A stretch of DNA of 64,000 nucleotides from Octopus vulgaris. Its lineage: Eukaryota. Below the pieces are notes generated by a model. The model was given only the letters and a program-made list of their open reading frames with translations, was not told where the DNA came from and made no database searches. The position numbers were made by a program, and so were the translations under genes. This document shows, piece after piece, positions 12,310-26,229 of this stretch. Every line of letters starts with the position of its first letter. The stretch's first letter is position 1. Location of the stretch: the NCBI GenBank assembly GCA_951406725.2, contig OX597824.1:80042001-80106000 (forward strand). The letters are read 5' to 3'.

Positions 12310-14547
12310 TTACACTAATTTGTCGCAGTGTATCTATCTTTCTTGAGACTCCAAACCCAGTCTCTTTATTTCTCCTGATACATTAATCAGTTTTGCGTCA
12401 CGTTTTCACTCAACACATACACACACCGATACATACATACACATACATACACATACATACACAAGCACATACATACACACATACATAGACACATACATAC
12501 ATACATACATACATACATACATACATACATACATACATACATACATACATACAAATATGCAAACGTGCAGTCAGATACACAAAATTATACATGCATATAA
12601 ACACGCATAACAAACTGCATAGATATATGTTGCATACACATATGCTCTCCCTTATATCTGTCCTTCTCTCTCTCGTCTTTAGGCTCTCTACGTCTCCCTC
12701 TCTCTCTCCCTCTGCTGTCCAGTAACACTTTTTCTAACTCTTGCACACATATTCGCGTACACATATTCACATGTGTTTACATAAGTAAATACATACACAT
12801 ACAAAAGCATAGATTTACGCACACCTATGTCACCACACTCTCTCTCATCACACTCCTTGCCTATCTCTCTCTACTTTCTCTCCTCCTCCTTTATCCTTCC
12901 TCTCCTAAATATCTCTTCTCTCCTCTATTTTATGCCTTGTCATCCCCATAAGAAATTGTATCCCTCATTTCCTCTTTCCACACAAGTGTTGTCTTTCTGA
13001 TATCACTTTAGGACCATTCTTTTCCAACCTCTCTCTCTCCACATATTCACTCCCTCACTGCTCTGTCTCCCATGCTCTCTCTCTCTCTCCCTCGCTCTGT
13101 CTCTGATTTTCATCTTTTCATATAACTATATATCGAACTCTTTTCTCTGCATCTTTCTCATTCTAGTTCTTTCTTTCTTTCTTTTTTTCTTTCTTTCTTC
13201 CTTTCGTTCTTTTCTTTTCTTTTTTCATATCTGTCACTTGCACCTTATCAGTCTCTCTTTTCTCTATCAAGATTTCCGTCTCTCATTCTTCTCTCTCTCT
13301 CTCTCTCTCTTTCACTTCAATTTTCTTTCATCCTCCCTATCACATTCTCTCTCTATCACTCTCACTTATTCTTCGTCTCCCTTTTCTCCTCCCTCCTACA
13401 CACACACACACACACACACACTTCTTTAATTGCTCTCACCCGTACGCCTTTCTCTCTCTTTCTCACTCTATCCATATCACCCTCTCCCTTTCATTTCATT
13501 TCATTTCCTCTCTTCCTTCCTCCATTCCTGCTTCCATTCTTTCTTCTAACCCTAACCTCCCAAACCACCACAAAAGATCGATACCGCTTCCTACAGCTTC
13601 TCTGATCTTCTCCAACCTAAATTGTATTCCATTTTTTTCTCACTCCCCTTTCTTACCCACGCTTTATCCTTCTTTGTTTGTTTGCTTTTTCTTTTTATAT
13701 TTCCTACCTTTTATTTGTGTACCATCAGCAAATCAGTCCTCTAATTTAAGCTATTTCTGCCATCTTGACACCACTTTTCGCTTGTGGCCCCGTATCTCTC
13801 CAAACAACCCCCGCCTCATTCCAAACCGCTCCCTTACCAAATCATATCTCCAGCCTATTTCTCACAAACACTTGGCGCTCCCCTCTCAACCAAACCCCGT
13901 CTCTTTTTATATTTCTCTATGTCATCTTTCTTTCTCTTCGCATTGTCATCAGTCGAAACATCTAGACAACATTTACAGTCGCCCTTCGTTAATTACCTCT
14001 ACTTACGCCTCTGAATTTTTGTCTGTCTGTGCATCTGTGTGCCTCTGTCTGCGTGGGTGTGGGCGTACGTATATGCATATGTGCATATCTGTCTGTGTGA
14101 GTATGTTTGTGTTTCTGTGTATGTATATATGTGTGCATTTGTATGTAATATTTGTTGTATTGAGTCTATGTGTCTCTCCGTGCTTGTTTCTCTCTGTATA
14201 TATAAATGTCTATATCAATGTGTCTAAGTCTATCTCTGCGTTTATGTGCCTCTACATCTATGTATGTATATAATTATAAGTATATCAGTGTGTGTAAATA
14301 TGTGGGTATCTCAGCCTATATATCTCTATATGTGCTTGTGCCTTTATATATGTATGTATGTGTGTATGTGTGTATATCTAAGTTTGTGCTGTATGTCTCT
14401 GTCTGTGCCTCTAAATACACACATATATATATATATACATACACACATATACATACATATATATGTGCATTGATGCCTATGTGTCAATATATGTATGAGG
14501 GTGTATATAATATGAATGAGTGTGTTTATATGTCTGTGTGTATTAGA

Positions 14548-14583
<36 letters not shown>

Positions 14584-15154
14584 AGAGAGAGAGAGAGAGA
14601 GCCTCTGCAAATGGAATAGCATGTTCATAAATTGCATGAAGCAGACGATAAGAGGGAGGGAAGGAGGGAGAGAAAGAGAAAGATGTAAATGGAGAGATAG
14701 AGAATAGGAGACATCCAGAGAGAGAGAGAGAGAGAGAAAGATAGAGGGAGGGCGAGGGAGGAACAAAACCGAGGGAGTAAAACGTTGCGTGGTCATGTAT
14801 CATCGAAGGTGTATGCGATAATATGATTATAAGACGTTATTCATGGATGTAAATGTATCTTTTTGCCTAAAGTACATGTATACATTCATAACAGATTTTG
14901 CTTTTATTTTCATCTGTTTGCTTTGTATACATGTGTTTGGCGGAGGGAAGAACACTGAAGATGGTGGCTAGATTTCCTTTCCACCTTAACCCCAGTTTTC
15001 TATCTCGCTTCATCTCTCACATTCTTTTTGTCCTCCTCTTTCTTTCTCGCTCATTCTTATCGTCTGCCTTATCCAATTTCTGAAAATGTCCTCCACCTGC
15101 AGACGAATCACTTCCTTTTCTTTTTATTTCCTATTATTGCTGTCGTTGTCCTTG

Positions 15155-15218
<64 letters not shown>

Positions 15219-15807
15219 CATTTTATTAATTCTGTTGATATTCTCATGGTAAAAATGAAGAAATCATCTATTTATTATTATGATAATTATTGTTATTAAT
15301 AATATTATTACAATAAAGGGTTTCTATCAAAGATACAAGGCTATAAATATGAAGAAAGGAGGGCACAGACGATTAGATCAGCGCAGTAATCCACTGTTCC
15401 TGATTTCATCATTGTTATTAAAGTATACGGAACATTGGTATAATAGTGTACAAAAGAAATGAATAAAGATCATTACCATTGTCCGAGTAGTAGTAGTAGT
15501 AGTAGTAGTCGTAGTAATAGAAGTGGTAGCATTAGTATTAGTAGTAGTGTTGGTGGTGGTGGTGAGTGCAGACTCGTAGTAGTAAGTATATAGCGGAGAT
15601 GGCGTGCTACAAAGCGAAATAAAGCGAGTCGTCTTAGGGTTTATTTTGGTTGTGAGTTCAAAACCAGCAGTGATAGACTTGGATTTATGTTCTTCTATGA
15701 AGAATTAATAAATTACTACGTCCTGTCGTCTTTTTCTTCTTCTTCTTCTTCTTCTTCTTCTTCTTCTTCTTCTTCTTCTTCTTCTTCTTCTTCTTCTTCT
15801 TCTTCTT

Positions 15808-16280
15808 CCAATCAGGACTCACGCCATTAGACACAAAGAATAATCTCTAATTCGAGCCTACTCTAAGCTACTAAGAATTTGTGTGGCAACTTGAAGATCC
15901 ACCCACCACACGCGATAGACTGGCGGTTACATGGGCGCGAAAGCTACGTTGTTATCCTCATGCCGTAAACGGTGGCTTTTAACGGGTGGAGAGCTGAACC
16001 ATCCTGGGGTACAGTGGATTCGCAATTTAGACTAGGGTCTGAAAGTTTTACCACACCATAGTGGGTTACAACATGGTTCCTCTGCTTTGTGGCAGAAGTA
16101 GGAAGAAAGAGTGAGAGAAAGTTGTGGTGAAAGAGTACATCGGGGTTCACCACCCCACCCCGCCTCGTGGAGCTTAGGTGTTTTTACTCAATAAACACTC
16201 ACAATGCCCGGTCTGGGAATCGAAACCACGTTCTTACGACCGCGAGTCCGCTGCCCTAACCACTGGGCCATTGCGCCTCA
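15808..16280 (-). mobile_element. SINE family C, tail type 2, followed by (GAA)n
   Basis: Reverse-complement match to 3178-3590, with the tRNA-like head at ~16210-16280. Confidence 0.88.
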
Positions 16281-16772
16281 ATTGCTGCTGCTGTTGTTGT
16301 TGTTGTTGTTGTTTATCACCAGTCTAGCTCTCATTGACCAGACCAATGATTAAATGCCATCAAGCATTGACCATTCCCTCTTTTAGTATATCGCTATGTC
16401 TACTGTATTCTCCCACGTATTCTACCTTTATAAGACAGCAGGGTACTTTTCGATGGAATTTTGCCATTATATTCTAGAAGGTCGTGCGGCAATGTTGACG
16501 TTTCCTCTTTAGGTTACTACTATACATTTGTATATAATTTGTTGTTGTGTGTGTGTGTGCATGTGTGTGCGTGCGTGCGCGTACAAAGTTAAGTCCCATT
16601 TTTCAATAGTAACGGATAAAATCAGTATTAATTTTTAAAATTATTTTTGACTTTCTATGCAGATTAATTTATACCATGCCAACGATGGTTCGGTTAGTTT
16701 CTAGCTTCGCTTAAGACATTTTTGTTTGTAGATTCCCTTTGGTCTGGACGACCAAGTTCTTTTTGTAAATAT

Positions 16773-17709
16773 CTATTTCTTTAATGTCCACAGGGGGCTA
16801 ACCATACAGAGGACAAACAAGGAGAGACAAATGGATTAAGTCGATTAAATCGACCACAGTGCAAAATTGGTACTTAGTTAATCGATCCCAAAAGGATGAA
16901 AGACAAAGTCGACCTCGGCGGAATTTGAACTCAGAACGTAACGGCAGACAAAATATCTATTTCCTTACTGCCCACAAGGGGCTACACACAGAGGGGACAA
17001 ACAAGGACAAATACAGGGATTAAGTCGATTATATCGACCCCAGTGCGTAACTGGTACTTATTTAATCGACCCGGAAAGGATGAAAGGCAAAGTCGACCTC
17101 GGCGGAATTTGAACTCAGAACATAACGGCAGAGAAATACCTATTTCTTTACTACCCACAAGGGGCTAAACACAGAGAGGACAAACAAGGACAGACAAGCG
17201 GATTAAGTCGATAATATCGACCCCAGTGCTTTACTGGTACATAATAAATTGACCCCGAAAGGATGAAAGGCAAAGTCGACCTCGGCGGAATTTGAACTCA
17301 GAACCTTTTGGCAGAGAAATACTTATTTCCTTACTGCCCACAAGGGGCTACACAGAGAGGTGACAAACAAGGACAGACACATGGATTAAGTCGATTACAT
17401 CGACCCCAGTGCGTAACTGGTACTTAATTTATCGACCCCGAAAGGATGAAAGGCAAAGTCGACCTCGGCGGAATTTGAACTCAGAACCTTTTGGCAGAGA
17501 AATACTTATTTCCTTACTGCCCACAAGGGGCTACACAGAGAGGTGACAAACAAGGACAGACACATGGATTAAGTCGATTACATCGACCCCAGTGCGTAAC
17601 TGGTACTTAATTTATCGACCCCGAAAGGATGAAAGGCAAAGTCGACCTCGGCGGAATTTGAACTCAGAACGTAGCTGCAGATGAAATACTGCTAAGCATT
17701 TCGCCGCTA
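16773..17709 (-). repeat. Tandem pentamer of SINE family B (~183-bp units) within one TSD
   Basis: Units start at ~16773, 16957, 17140, 17323 and 17506. TSD ttcttt(t/c)tgtaaatat at 16757-16772 and 17710-17725. Confidence 0.92.
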
Positions 17710-17857
17710 TTCTTTCTGTAAATATTGAACGCCTGAAAACCGTTGCTACCGATAATTCAAAGCGAACTGACACATTTGTCACATAGATGAAATTCTTTCA
17801 TCAATATCGAGGCAAAATATTATCTTAATTATACATATACACACACACGCACGCACG

Positions 17858-17948
<91 letters not shown>

Positions 17949-18616
17949 TGCTGGAATTTACAGAAATGCAAAAGTCGAAGACAGGTGTATAAACAACAAA
18001 CAGGTGTATTAGTTGCTGCACTTGGAAATTTGAAACCAATATTAAGAAAACGTACGTGTTTTTTTAATGTCAGAAAATGGTTTGTCGTATGTCATTATTT
18101 GACTCTCAACAAATTTACATCATTGTACATATATAATTTATGTTGTGTCAAAAGAGAAATTACAGTTTTGGCGTTATGACAGAAAGTATAAGGAAGTAAG
18201 TAAAATGCCATAAGGTATATTTTTAATCAACAAGTCAGAAGAGAAAGAGCAGGGTCCATTGCCCTTTGCAAGGCTTTTGTGATTAATGGGAGAAAAGGAA
18301 GAAAGTATTCCCTGAACAGAGACTTAACTTGAATATTTTGAGGTCAATGAACTGGGAGAAAAATACCAGGGACCATGTGATAGTGTTACACCAAGCAATG
18401 CGTTATGATTATCGCTCAAGAACAAACAATGGTAGAAAATATTTGGCCAAAGTGGCGGTGTTCGAAATCATGCAGTTTCAAAGTGAATTTCTTAACCACG
18501 TAGCCATGCCTGGCTCTGATGAGGTTCTCAGTTCAAATCTCAGTTTTATTCGCCTCTGCATTTGATAAAATAAATAATAGCATGCCCGAAAAATTATCGG
18601 AGGTATTGACAATTTA

Positions 18617-18915
18617 GGTGTGACTGTCTGGTAAGAAGTTTGCCTCTCAACCACATGGTTCGGGGCTCGATCCCACTGCATGACATCTTGACCAAGTGTC
18701 TATATATACATATATGTATATGTGTGTGTGGGTGTGGGTGTGTCTTTGTGTGTGTTTATGTCTCCATTACTTAGCGGTTCGACAAAAGAGCCCGATAGAA
18801 TAAGTACCAGGCTTTACGAAAAATAAGTACTGGGGTCAGTTTCATTCGACTAAAATATTTTTCGCGGCGGTGCCCCAGCATGGTCGCAGTTTAATGACTG
18901 AAAGAAGTAAAGGAC
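18617..18915 (+). mobile_element. SINE family A, diverged and internally deleted
   Basis: Head and tail match family A. Confidence 0.8.
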
Positions 18916-20258
18916 AGAACCTAAAAATAAGGTAAATTTAATAGAAGATCATTGGTGATTTTTGTGAGATCCTCTACAAGTATTACACAGGAATGGATTT
19001 AATTGATTATGTAGCTCTTGGATAAACTTGTAAGCCGTGCTTCAATGTTAGGATCAATGTTCTATGGGTTATTAATTGCCAGGACTCTTATTCGAAAGGA
19101 GCTGCTTTGCTGAACCCAGATATCAGAAGCAGAGGAGCCGAACACTTTTCATTAAAAAGAAGTGGACCCTTCTTGAAAACCCTCTGTTTAAAATAGGATT
19201 AAAACCGTATATATTTCTGTTCCGCAAGTCTTTCTTGGTTTCATGGCAGGAAAAAATATTTAGAAAATGTGATTATCGGATGGAAATTAGCCTCAGAATC
19301 TCGCCAGTAACCGGACAGTCAACAAAAAGGGAACTGATTTATGAGAACTTCAAATGCACATGTCCTCTTTAAACAATTACTATTTGGGCTTTTAGGGAAA
19401 GCAGATTCATACTCACTTCTGACAGCGGAATTTTCAGACATGCAACCGTTCATGATGCTATCAGAAAATTGTTGTATGTCAGGCTTAATATACATAAATT
19501 AGATTTTCGTTAATTTGTCAGTCTATCACTTATTTTAGAAGGCGGGTGCAAAGTACCTTGTAATCCACTTTTTCTTCGACTGTCAGTTGCTCGTCGGATT
19601 CTCTTCGATCGAGTTTACGAATGGAGAAACTAATTCTTTTGTTTACTGTTTTAGATGAATGTCTGTATTTAATAGATCCTGGGATATGCTTCTTATTTAA
19701 AACTGTTCCTGAGTAATATGTCTTCCATCAAAGAAAAGAGGCAAACTTGTCTCTAAGCAATTAATCAAAGCGAACAGGGACATCTGTTGTTTCGTTTCTT
19801 CTTAAACATTGTAAATCTTAGTCAATACTATACGCTTTAAGCGGATTTAAACACTGTCCTTATATACAATATTTTCAAATATATTGTATACGAAGGCAAA
19901 TGATTTATATATGTCTTTACATACTCCATTGGTTAAAACTCTATGAATATGTTCAGTACTATATTCATGCAAATATATTCAGCAAAATGTTAAAACAAAG
20001 CATTGCAAAAAGCAAAATCAATTATCAATTTTAAATAGTATAAAACGTTGTAGACACGCTCAGTCCCCCAAAATGTCTGCCTTTAGTTTCTAGTTCGTTA
20101 TGCTATGTGAGTTGTATCTGATGACTGTGCCGAGACATCAGACGTTTTTAAAAACTTTAGCATGTTCGTATTGTGTCTACTAAATAATAGTTATAGAATA
20201 CTTTTTCCGTTGATCTTACCATCACGGTACAATACATTATAAATATATATATATATAT

Positions 20259-20652
20259 GGATGGATGGAAGCACTCCGTCGGTTACGACGATGAGGGTTC
20301 TGGTTGATCCGAATCAACGGAACAGCCTGCTCGTGAAATTAACGTGTAAGTGGCTGAGCACTCCACAGACACGTGTACCCTTAACGTAGTTCTCGGGGAT
20401 ATTCAGCGTGACACAGAGAGTGACAAGGCCGGCCCCTTGAAATACAGGTACGACAGAAACAGGAAGTAAGAGTGAGAGAAAGTTGTGGTGGTGAAAGAGT
20501 ACAGCAGGGATCACCACCATCCCCTGCCGTAGCCTCGTGGAGCTTTTAGGGGATTTCGCTCAATAAACACTCACAACGCCTGGTCTGGGAATCGAAACCG
20601 CGATCCTATGACCGCGAGTCCGCTGCCCTAACCACTGGGTCATTGCGCCTCC
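20259..20652 (-). mobile_element. SINE family C, tail type 1, with (TCCA)n tail
   Basis: Near-identical reverse complement of 9689-10068. Confidence 0.92.
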
Positions 20653-20673
20653 ACTTATATATATATATATATG

Positions 20674-21179
<506 letters not shown>

Positions 21180-21183
21180 TCAC

Positions 21184-21267
<84 letters not shown>

Positions 21268-21400
21268 CACATATATATATAATACTCAAAGAAATTTCAA
21301 CTTTGTCCGATTTTCACGTTTTTATTTACAATCTTATGATAGTATAATATAATATAATATGATATAATATAATATAATATAATGAAATGTCCATTCTGAT

Positions 21401-21445
21401 TGAACTAGTACTTTCATGCATTAATCTATGCAATCTTCAGGTTCA
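21401..21445 (-). ncRNA. Type I hammerhead ribozyme fold in a Penelope-like terminus (family also at 60854)
   Basis: Minus strand reads TGAAC-CTGAAGA-TTGCAT agatta ATGCAT-GAAA-GTAC-TA|GTTCA: 5-bp stem I, canonical core, stem II closed by a U-U mismatch, palindromic stem III AGTACT, CUA triplet. Confidence 0.75.
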
Positions 21446-21730
21446 TATAGTAGTGGTGACAGTTATGTTTTGCAATTTACGACTGTACCTTAAATACATT
21501 TGTATAGGCTCCAGAATATTAAATTTTGCAAGCTCTATTCTGACCAGTCAGTGTCTGGCTTTTACTAAAATACTTAAGTTAATTGAATTAGGCGTCAAGA
21601 TTTATTGAGCATGTCAAGTGAACTGTATTTTGACCTGGCCAAAGCAGTAATTGTATGGCTATTTTTTAGAAATGTTGTAAGTAACGTTTCCAGGGATTTT
21701 TACATTTCAATTATCATCATCACCATTATC

Positions 21731-21819
<89 letters not shown>

Positions 21820-21938
21820 ACAAGCACACACATGGACTCTCCCGTCGTTAGACGACGTATGAGGATTCGACGATTTCTTACCAAACAACCACAGAGACGA
21901 TTTGTTTATTGTGATCTAATGTTTGTGTAGACATACTA

Positions 21939-22325
21939 GGCGCAGGAGTGGCTGTGTGGTAAGTAGCTTGCTAACCAACCACATGGTTCCGGGTTCAGTC
22001 CCACTGCGTGGCATCTTGGGCAAGTGTCTTCTGCTATAGCCTCGAGCCGACCAAAGCCTTGTGAGAGGATTTGGTAGATGGAAACTGAAAGAAGCCCGCC
22101 GTATATATGTATACATATATGTATTGTGTATGCGTAGTATATGTTTGTGTGTCTGTGTTTGTCTCCCCCATCATCGCTTGACAACCGATGCTGGTGTGTT
22201 TACGTCCCCGTAACTTAGCGGTTCGGCAAAAGAGACCGATAGAATAAGTACCAGGCTTACATTTGCTCGCCTAAAAGGCGGTACTCCAGCATGGCCACAG
22301 TCAAATGACTGAAACAAGTAAAAGA

Positions 22326-22327
<2 letters not shown>
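21939..22327 (+). mobile_element. SINE family A, full length
   Basis: ggcgcaggagtggctgtgtggtaag head through gtaaaagag tail. Confidence 0.92.
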
Positions 22328-22361
<34 letters not shown>

Positions 22362-22365
<4 letters not shown>

Positions 22366-22994
22366 AAACAAGTCAGGATAGAAAATGCTAAAATAATTTT
22401 ATAAAGAACATTTCAGTACCGGTTTCAGCCATTGAGACTTTTTCAACTGTAACAATGAAATAATTAAATTTAGAAAAATTAAAAGGAAAGTTTTTTTTAA
22501 AAGAATATTTGTATAGTGTTCAAATATAAGTGTCATTTTCCTTGTCTCTGCCTGTCTCTGTTTCTCTTGTTTACTCTTGTGGGTTCGAGGTCATTGTGTA
22601 TATATATATATATGTGAGAAAAAATTTGTTTGCTTGTTATCAGTCGTAAGACACTGTTGTTTTCACCGTTAATGCTTCTGTATTTCATGTTTCTGTATTC
22701 CATTATTGTTTTTTGTTTTTTTATATCTGTCCCTTTTGCTGTCCTGGTGTTCGTATGCATTCGATCCTTCTTCCAGGAAATCTACGCTTCCAGCTTAGTT
22801 TTTCTAATGCTCGTTGCTTGGTTTTTCTTGGAGGGCTGGCCGTGATCTAGTAATCTCAAGATTAATCAGCCGAAATTACTACGATGATCCGGTTCTTGAC
22901 TGAAGACTGAGGGTTTCGAATGTCCTGTCCGTGTTTATTGTGTCGTCTTCTAAGAGTTATACGGTCTTGTCCATGTTGTATTTTTCTACATACC

Positions 22995-23000
<6 letters not shown>
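22362..23000. mobile_element. Penelope-like terminal (pLTR) remnants between (TA)n tracts
   Basis: Contains the hammerhead fold at 22414-22449 (-) and a degenerate ggctgg...tcagcc-gaaa motif near 22830-22875 (+). Flanked by TA repeats. Confidence 0.55.
22414..22449 (-). ncRNA. Type I hammerhead fold with U3:A8 variant core
   Basis: Minus strand reads CAG-TTGAAAA-AGTC tcaat GGCT-GAAA-CCGG-TA|CTG, with palindromic stem III ACCGGT and a GUA triplet. Confidence 0.6.
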
Positions 23001-23029
<29 letters not shown>

Positions 23030-23707
23030 TTAGCCGATGTAAACTAAATAACCGATGCTCTTTAGGTGAAGTAGTTTTCAATATTATTTTCTTTGCCATG
23101 ACTCTCTCAAAGGTTGTTTTTCTTTCCAACATCACCCTCTAGGAAAGTAGCAGGCCATTTGCCTCATTAGCAACGTTTACCCAACAAAACTGTTGTGATA
23201 CATAGAAAAACAAAACAAAAAAAAAAAGCCAAACCAAACTACACAATGATAATATATAGAACTTGAAGTATTTGCAGCTTTATTTATCTGAATTGCTTAT
23301 CTTGTTAATATTTCGAAACAGAAATCTTTTATAATAACTTAGGTTCTTGTTCATATAATACACTGTGTAATCGGTTATTGGCATTTGTAAAAGCTTAAAA
23401 AAAAAAAGAGTAAACAATAAAAAAAAAAACACAACAACAAACAATACAAATTGTCTGCTTCGTTTAATTAGAAATACGAGATGTCTAGAGCGGAAATTGC
23501 AATATTTTACACAGCAGGCGTTCAACAATACTTATATCTTCCAGTGTTGTTTTTCGTATTCTAGATGTGAAATTCGTAGACATATTTAAAATTTAAATGT
23601 TTTAATCTTCTTGTTGCTTAGGTTAATGACACACGGCACACTGATACAGCTTTACACGTGTACAGTTATGAAGTATGGAGTCATTAACCTCTGTGTATAT
23701 ATATATA

Positions 23708-23960
23708 TATTATATAAAATTCGTTCTGTCTGTCAGTGTGTGTGTCTTCTAGGATCTCGGGCATCCTCCATCCGATTGCGCTCAAAATTGATATGTAGAT
23801 ACCGACGGTATCAGGGCGTGTATAAGTCTTGAAAAAAAATTACAAAAATCGATTCCAGGTGAGAATGCGATCGATAAATCCGTGGGAACGTGCATTTGTA
23901 CGCGCAAGTACATCAGCTGAGAAAAATGCACGTGCAGTGTGCGCAAAAAAAGCCGGCCTG
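23708..23960 (+). mobile_element. Probable 5' fragment of a non-autonomous Helitron-like element
   Basis: Starts in a TA tract with tattatataaaattcgttctgtctgtc and carries ccgattgcgctcaaaattg, a layout like the other Helitron 5' ends here. No CTAG 3' end seen. Confidence 0.4.
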
Positions 23961-23984
23961 TTTGGTGTCTCAAATTTAGGTTAA

Positions 23985-26165
23985 ATCAGTGTTTCTCAAA
24001 GGGAGGCCTATGGGACGGTCAGACAAGTTGTTTTGAGGAAATTTGTAAAGGTGGATACATATTTTTATTGTGTGGAAGAAACGAAGACGAGACATGCCAC
24101 TCTGCTGCTGGTTTTGCCATCAAAACAGAAATAGCAGGATCCCTTCTTTCTCTATCCATAGTTATTTCTGATTGCATCATGACACTAACGTTGGAACTTG
24201 ATCACAACACACGTGCTACGCTTGTCAGTTGTTATGCCTCAACCTTGGGCATCACTGAGCAGGAAAAGGATGAATTTTACAACCAGCTCCGTGAAGTCAT
24301 CTCCAGTTGTCACCATAAGGATAAACTTATCCTTATGGGCGACTTTAACGCACGTATTGGCACTGACTATCAGGCATGAGAGGGTGTACTTGGTCGTCAG
24401 GGTGTAGGTCGAATGAACTCCAGCGGCCTGCGTGTACTCCCCCTATTTAGAAATTCACTCTAAGCATCACAAATAATTTTTTCAACAGCGAAATTGTTGC
24501 AAGACGACCTGGATGCATTCTAGATCTAAGGATTGGCATCTCATATACTATGTTATCACTAAGAAACGAGATATTAGGGACTTTAACATTATACATTCCT
24601 TTCATAACATCTGTTATCTCTCTGACCATTCTCTTCTCCGTAACTAAGGCTACGTTTCATCTGAATCACACAAAACTACAAAAGTCATCAGTGCCTAAGC
24701 TCATTAATGTTCTGCCTTTGAAAACTGTTGAAGAGCAGGCTGAGCTCTCTTTCAAGTTGAACACTGCACTCAACACTGTTGATATCAATGATGACATAGA
24801 ATCATCTTGGAAGGCTCTGCGTGATGCAACGCACTCTGCATCTGTAGAGGTTCTTGAAATTCCTGTTCGTAAACATCAAGATTGGTTCAACGATAGCAAC
24901 AGTTGATAGGTAGAATGCACAGCTCTCACAAAACTTTGATAAACGATAAGAGCTCATCCAGAAAAGAGAATGCCTACAAGAAATGCAGAGGCCAGGTTCC
25001 ACATAGTTAGTTATGTTAGTTAGTTAATTTGGCTCAAAAGCAAATAGCAAGGCCATGTAGGGGGACATGGAGTTAAGTACAGGGTGGTGTTCATGTAAAG
25101 AGTTCAGGCCACTTGAGGTCAAGGGAGGCTTTGAACAAAGCGGTCGTCGGCATCTTCACCATCTCGTCTGGCAGCTTGTTCCACGGATCCGCAACCCGGA
25201 CGGAGAAAGCTCCTCTCCTTCGATTGAGATGAAATCGTCGCAGGTAGAGCTTTTCGGAATGACTCCGCAGCCGACGCTCTGGAGCAGGAGTGAAGAACAG
25301 CTCTTTCGAGAGGTTGGCTCTGAAACAGATGAAGGAGGAGGCTTGATGGTCTTTCAAGGCTACTGAACTCCAAGAAGCTGCAGACATAAAGGATTCCAAA
25401 ACCTTTTATGATGGCATCAAGAAAGTGTATCGTCCTCAAGAGCACGGTGCTACTCCTGTTTCTTCATCGAATAGAGACACACTGCTGATTGGCAAATCTG
25501 ATATCCTGAAACGATGGAAAGATCACTTTCACGCTGTATTGATCTCCACCCCAGTCACCAATGATGACGTCACAATGTCTGCTCCACAGCACACTGAAAT
25601 ACCGGAACTGTCTTAGGAACCAACCTTCTTGGAAGTAGTAAATTCTATTGAAAAGATGTCTTCTGGTAAAGCACCTGAGAGAGATGCGATCCCTCCAGCA
25701 GTCTACGTGGTGGACTGAAGCTTTTTAAGAAACTGCACGACTTCTTCATAAACATTTGGATGGTAGGCCGCCATGTAATACAGGAATTCAAGGATGCCGC
25801 AATTCAACATCTTTATGAGAACAAAGGAAACAGAAGCGTCTGTGATAATCGTCGTGGGATATCGCTTCTGTCTATTGCTGGTAAGATTCTTGCTCGACTC
25901 GTTCTTGACAGGATCATCAAACACGTTGTAAATGATATCTATCCAGAATCACAGTACGGATATCGCTCTGACCGTGGTAATATCGACATGCTCTTCCCCC
26001 CCCCCCCGACAGGTCATGGAGAATGTATGTGAGAAAAATCAAGAGTTGTTCTTGATATTTGTTGACCTTACTTAGGGCTTTGATACTGTTAACTGGCAAG
26101 TTGTGAAAATGATTGATATGCCAAACAAGATGTTGAATGTTATCATCTCCTTTCATGAGCGAATG
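23985..26165 (+). pseudogene. RTE-clade LINE remnant (APE endonuclease and N-terminal RT), split by a CR1 insertion
   Basis: GFAIK...TLVSCYASTL...EKDEFY...DKLILMGDFNARIG (APE); FKDAAIQHLYENKGNRSVCDNRRGISLLSIAGKILAR...PESQYGYR..RG..DMLF and FVDL..FD (RT). Multiple stops. Confidence 0.93.
25004..25318 (-). mobile_element. CR1-like LINE, 5'-truncated 3' end with (TAAC)n tail
   Basis: RLRSHSEKL...RRGAFSVRVADPWNKLP...FKASLD is the typical CR1 ORF2 C-terminus. Second copy at 52704-52968. Confidence 0.88.
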
Positions 26166-26229
26166 AAAAAGTCAAACGAAGGGCTAATCGCGATATCAGT
26201 AATTATTCAAGCCTATTTTCCTCTATCAG

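Noticed and set aside
16520-16756. Possible mariner transposase C-terminus on the minus strand
   Set aside because: Similarity too faint and no paired TIR found.
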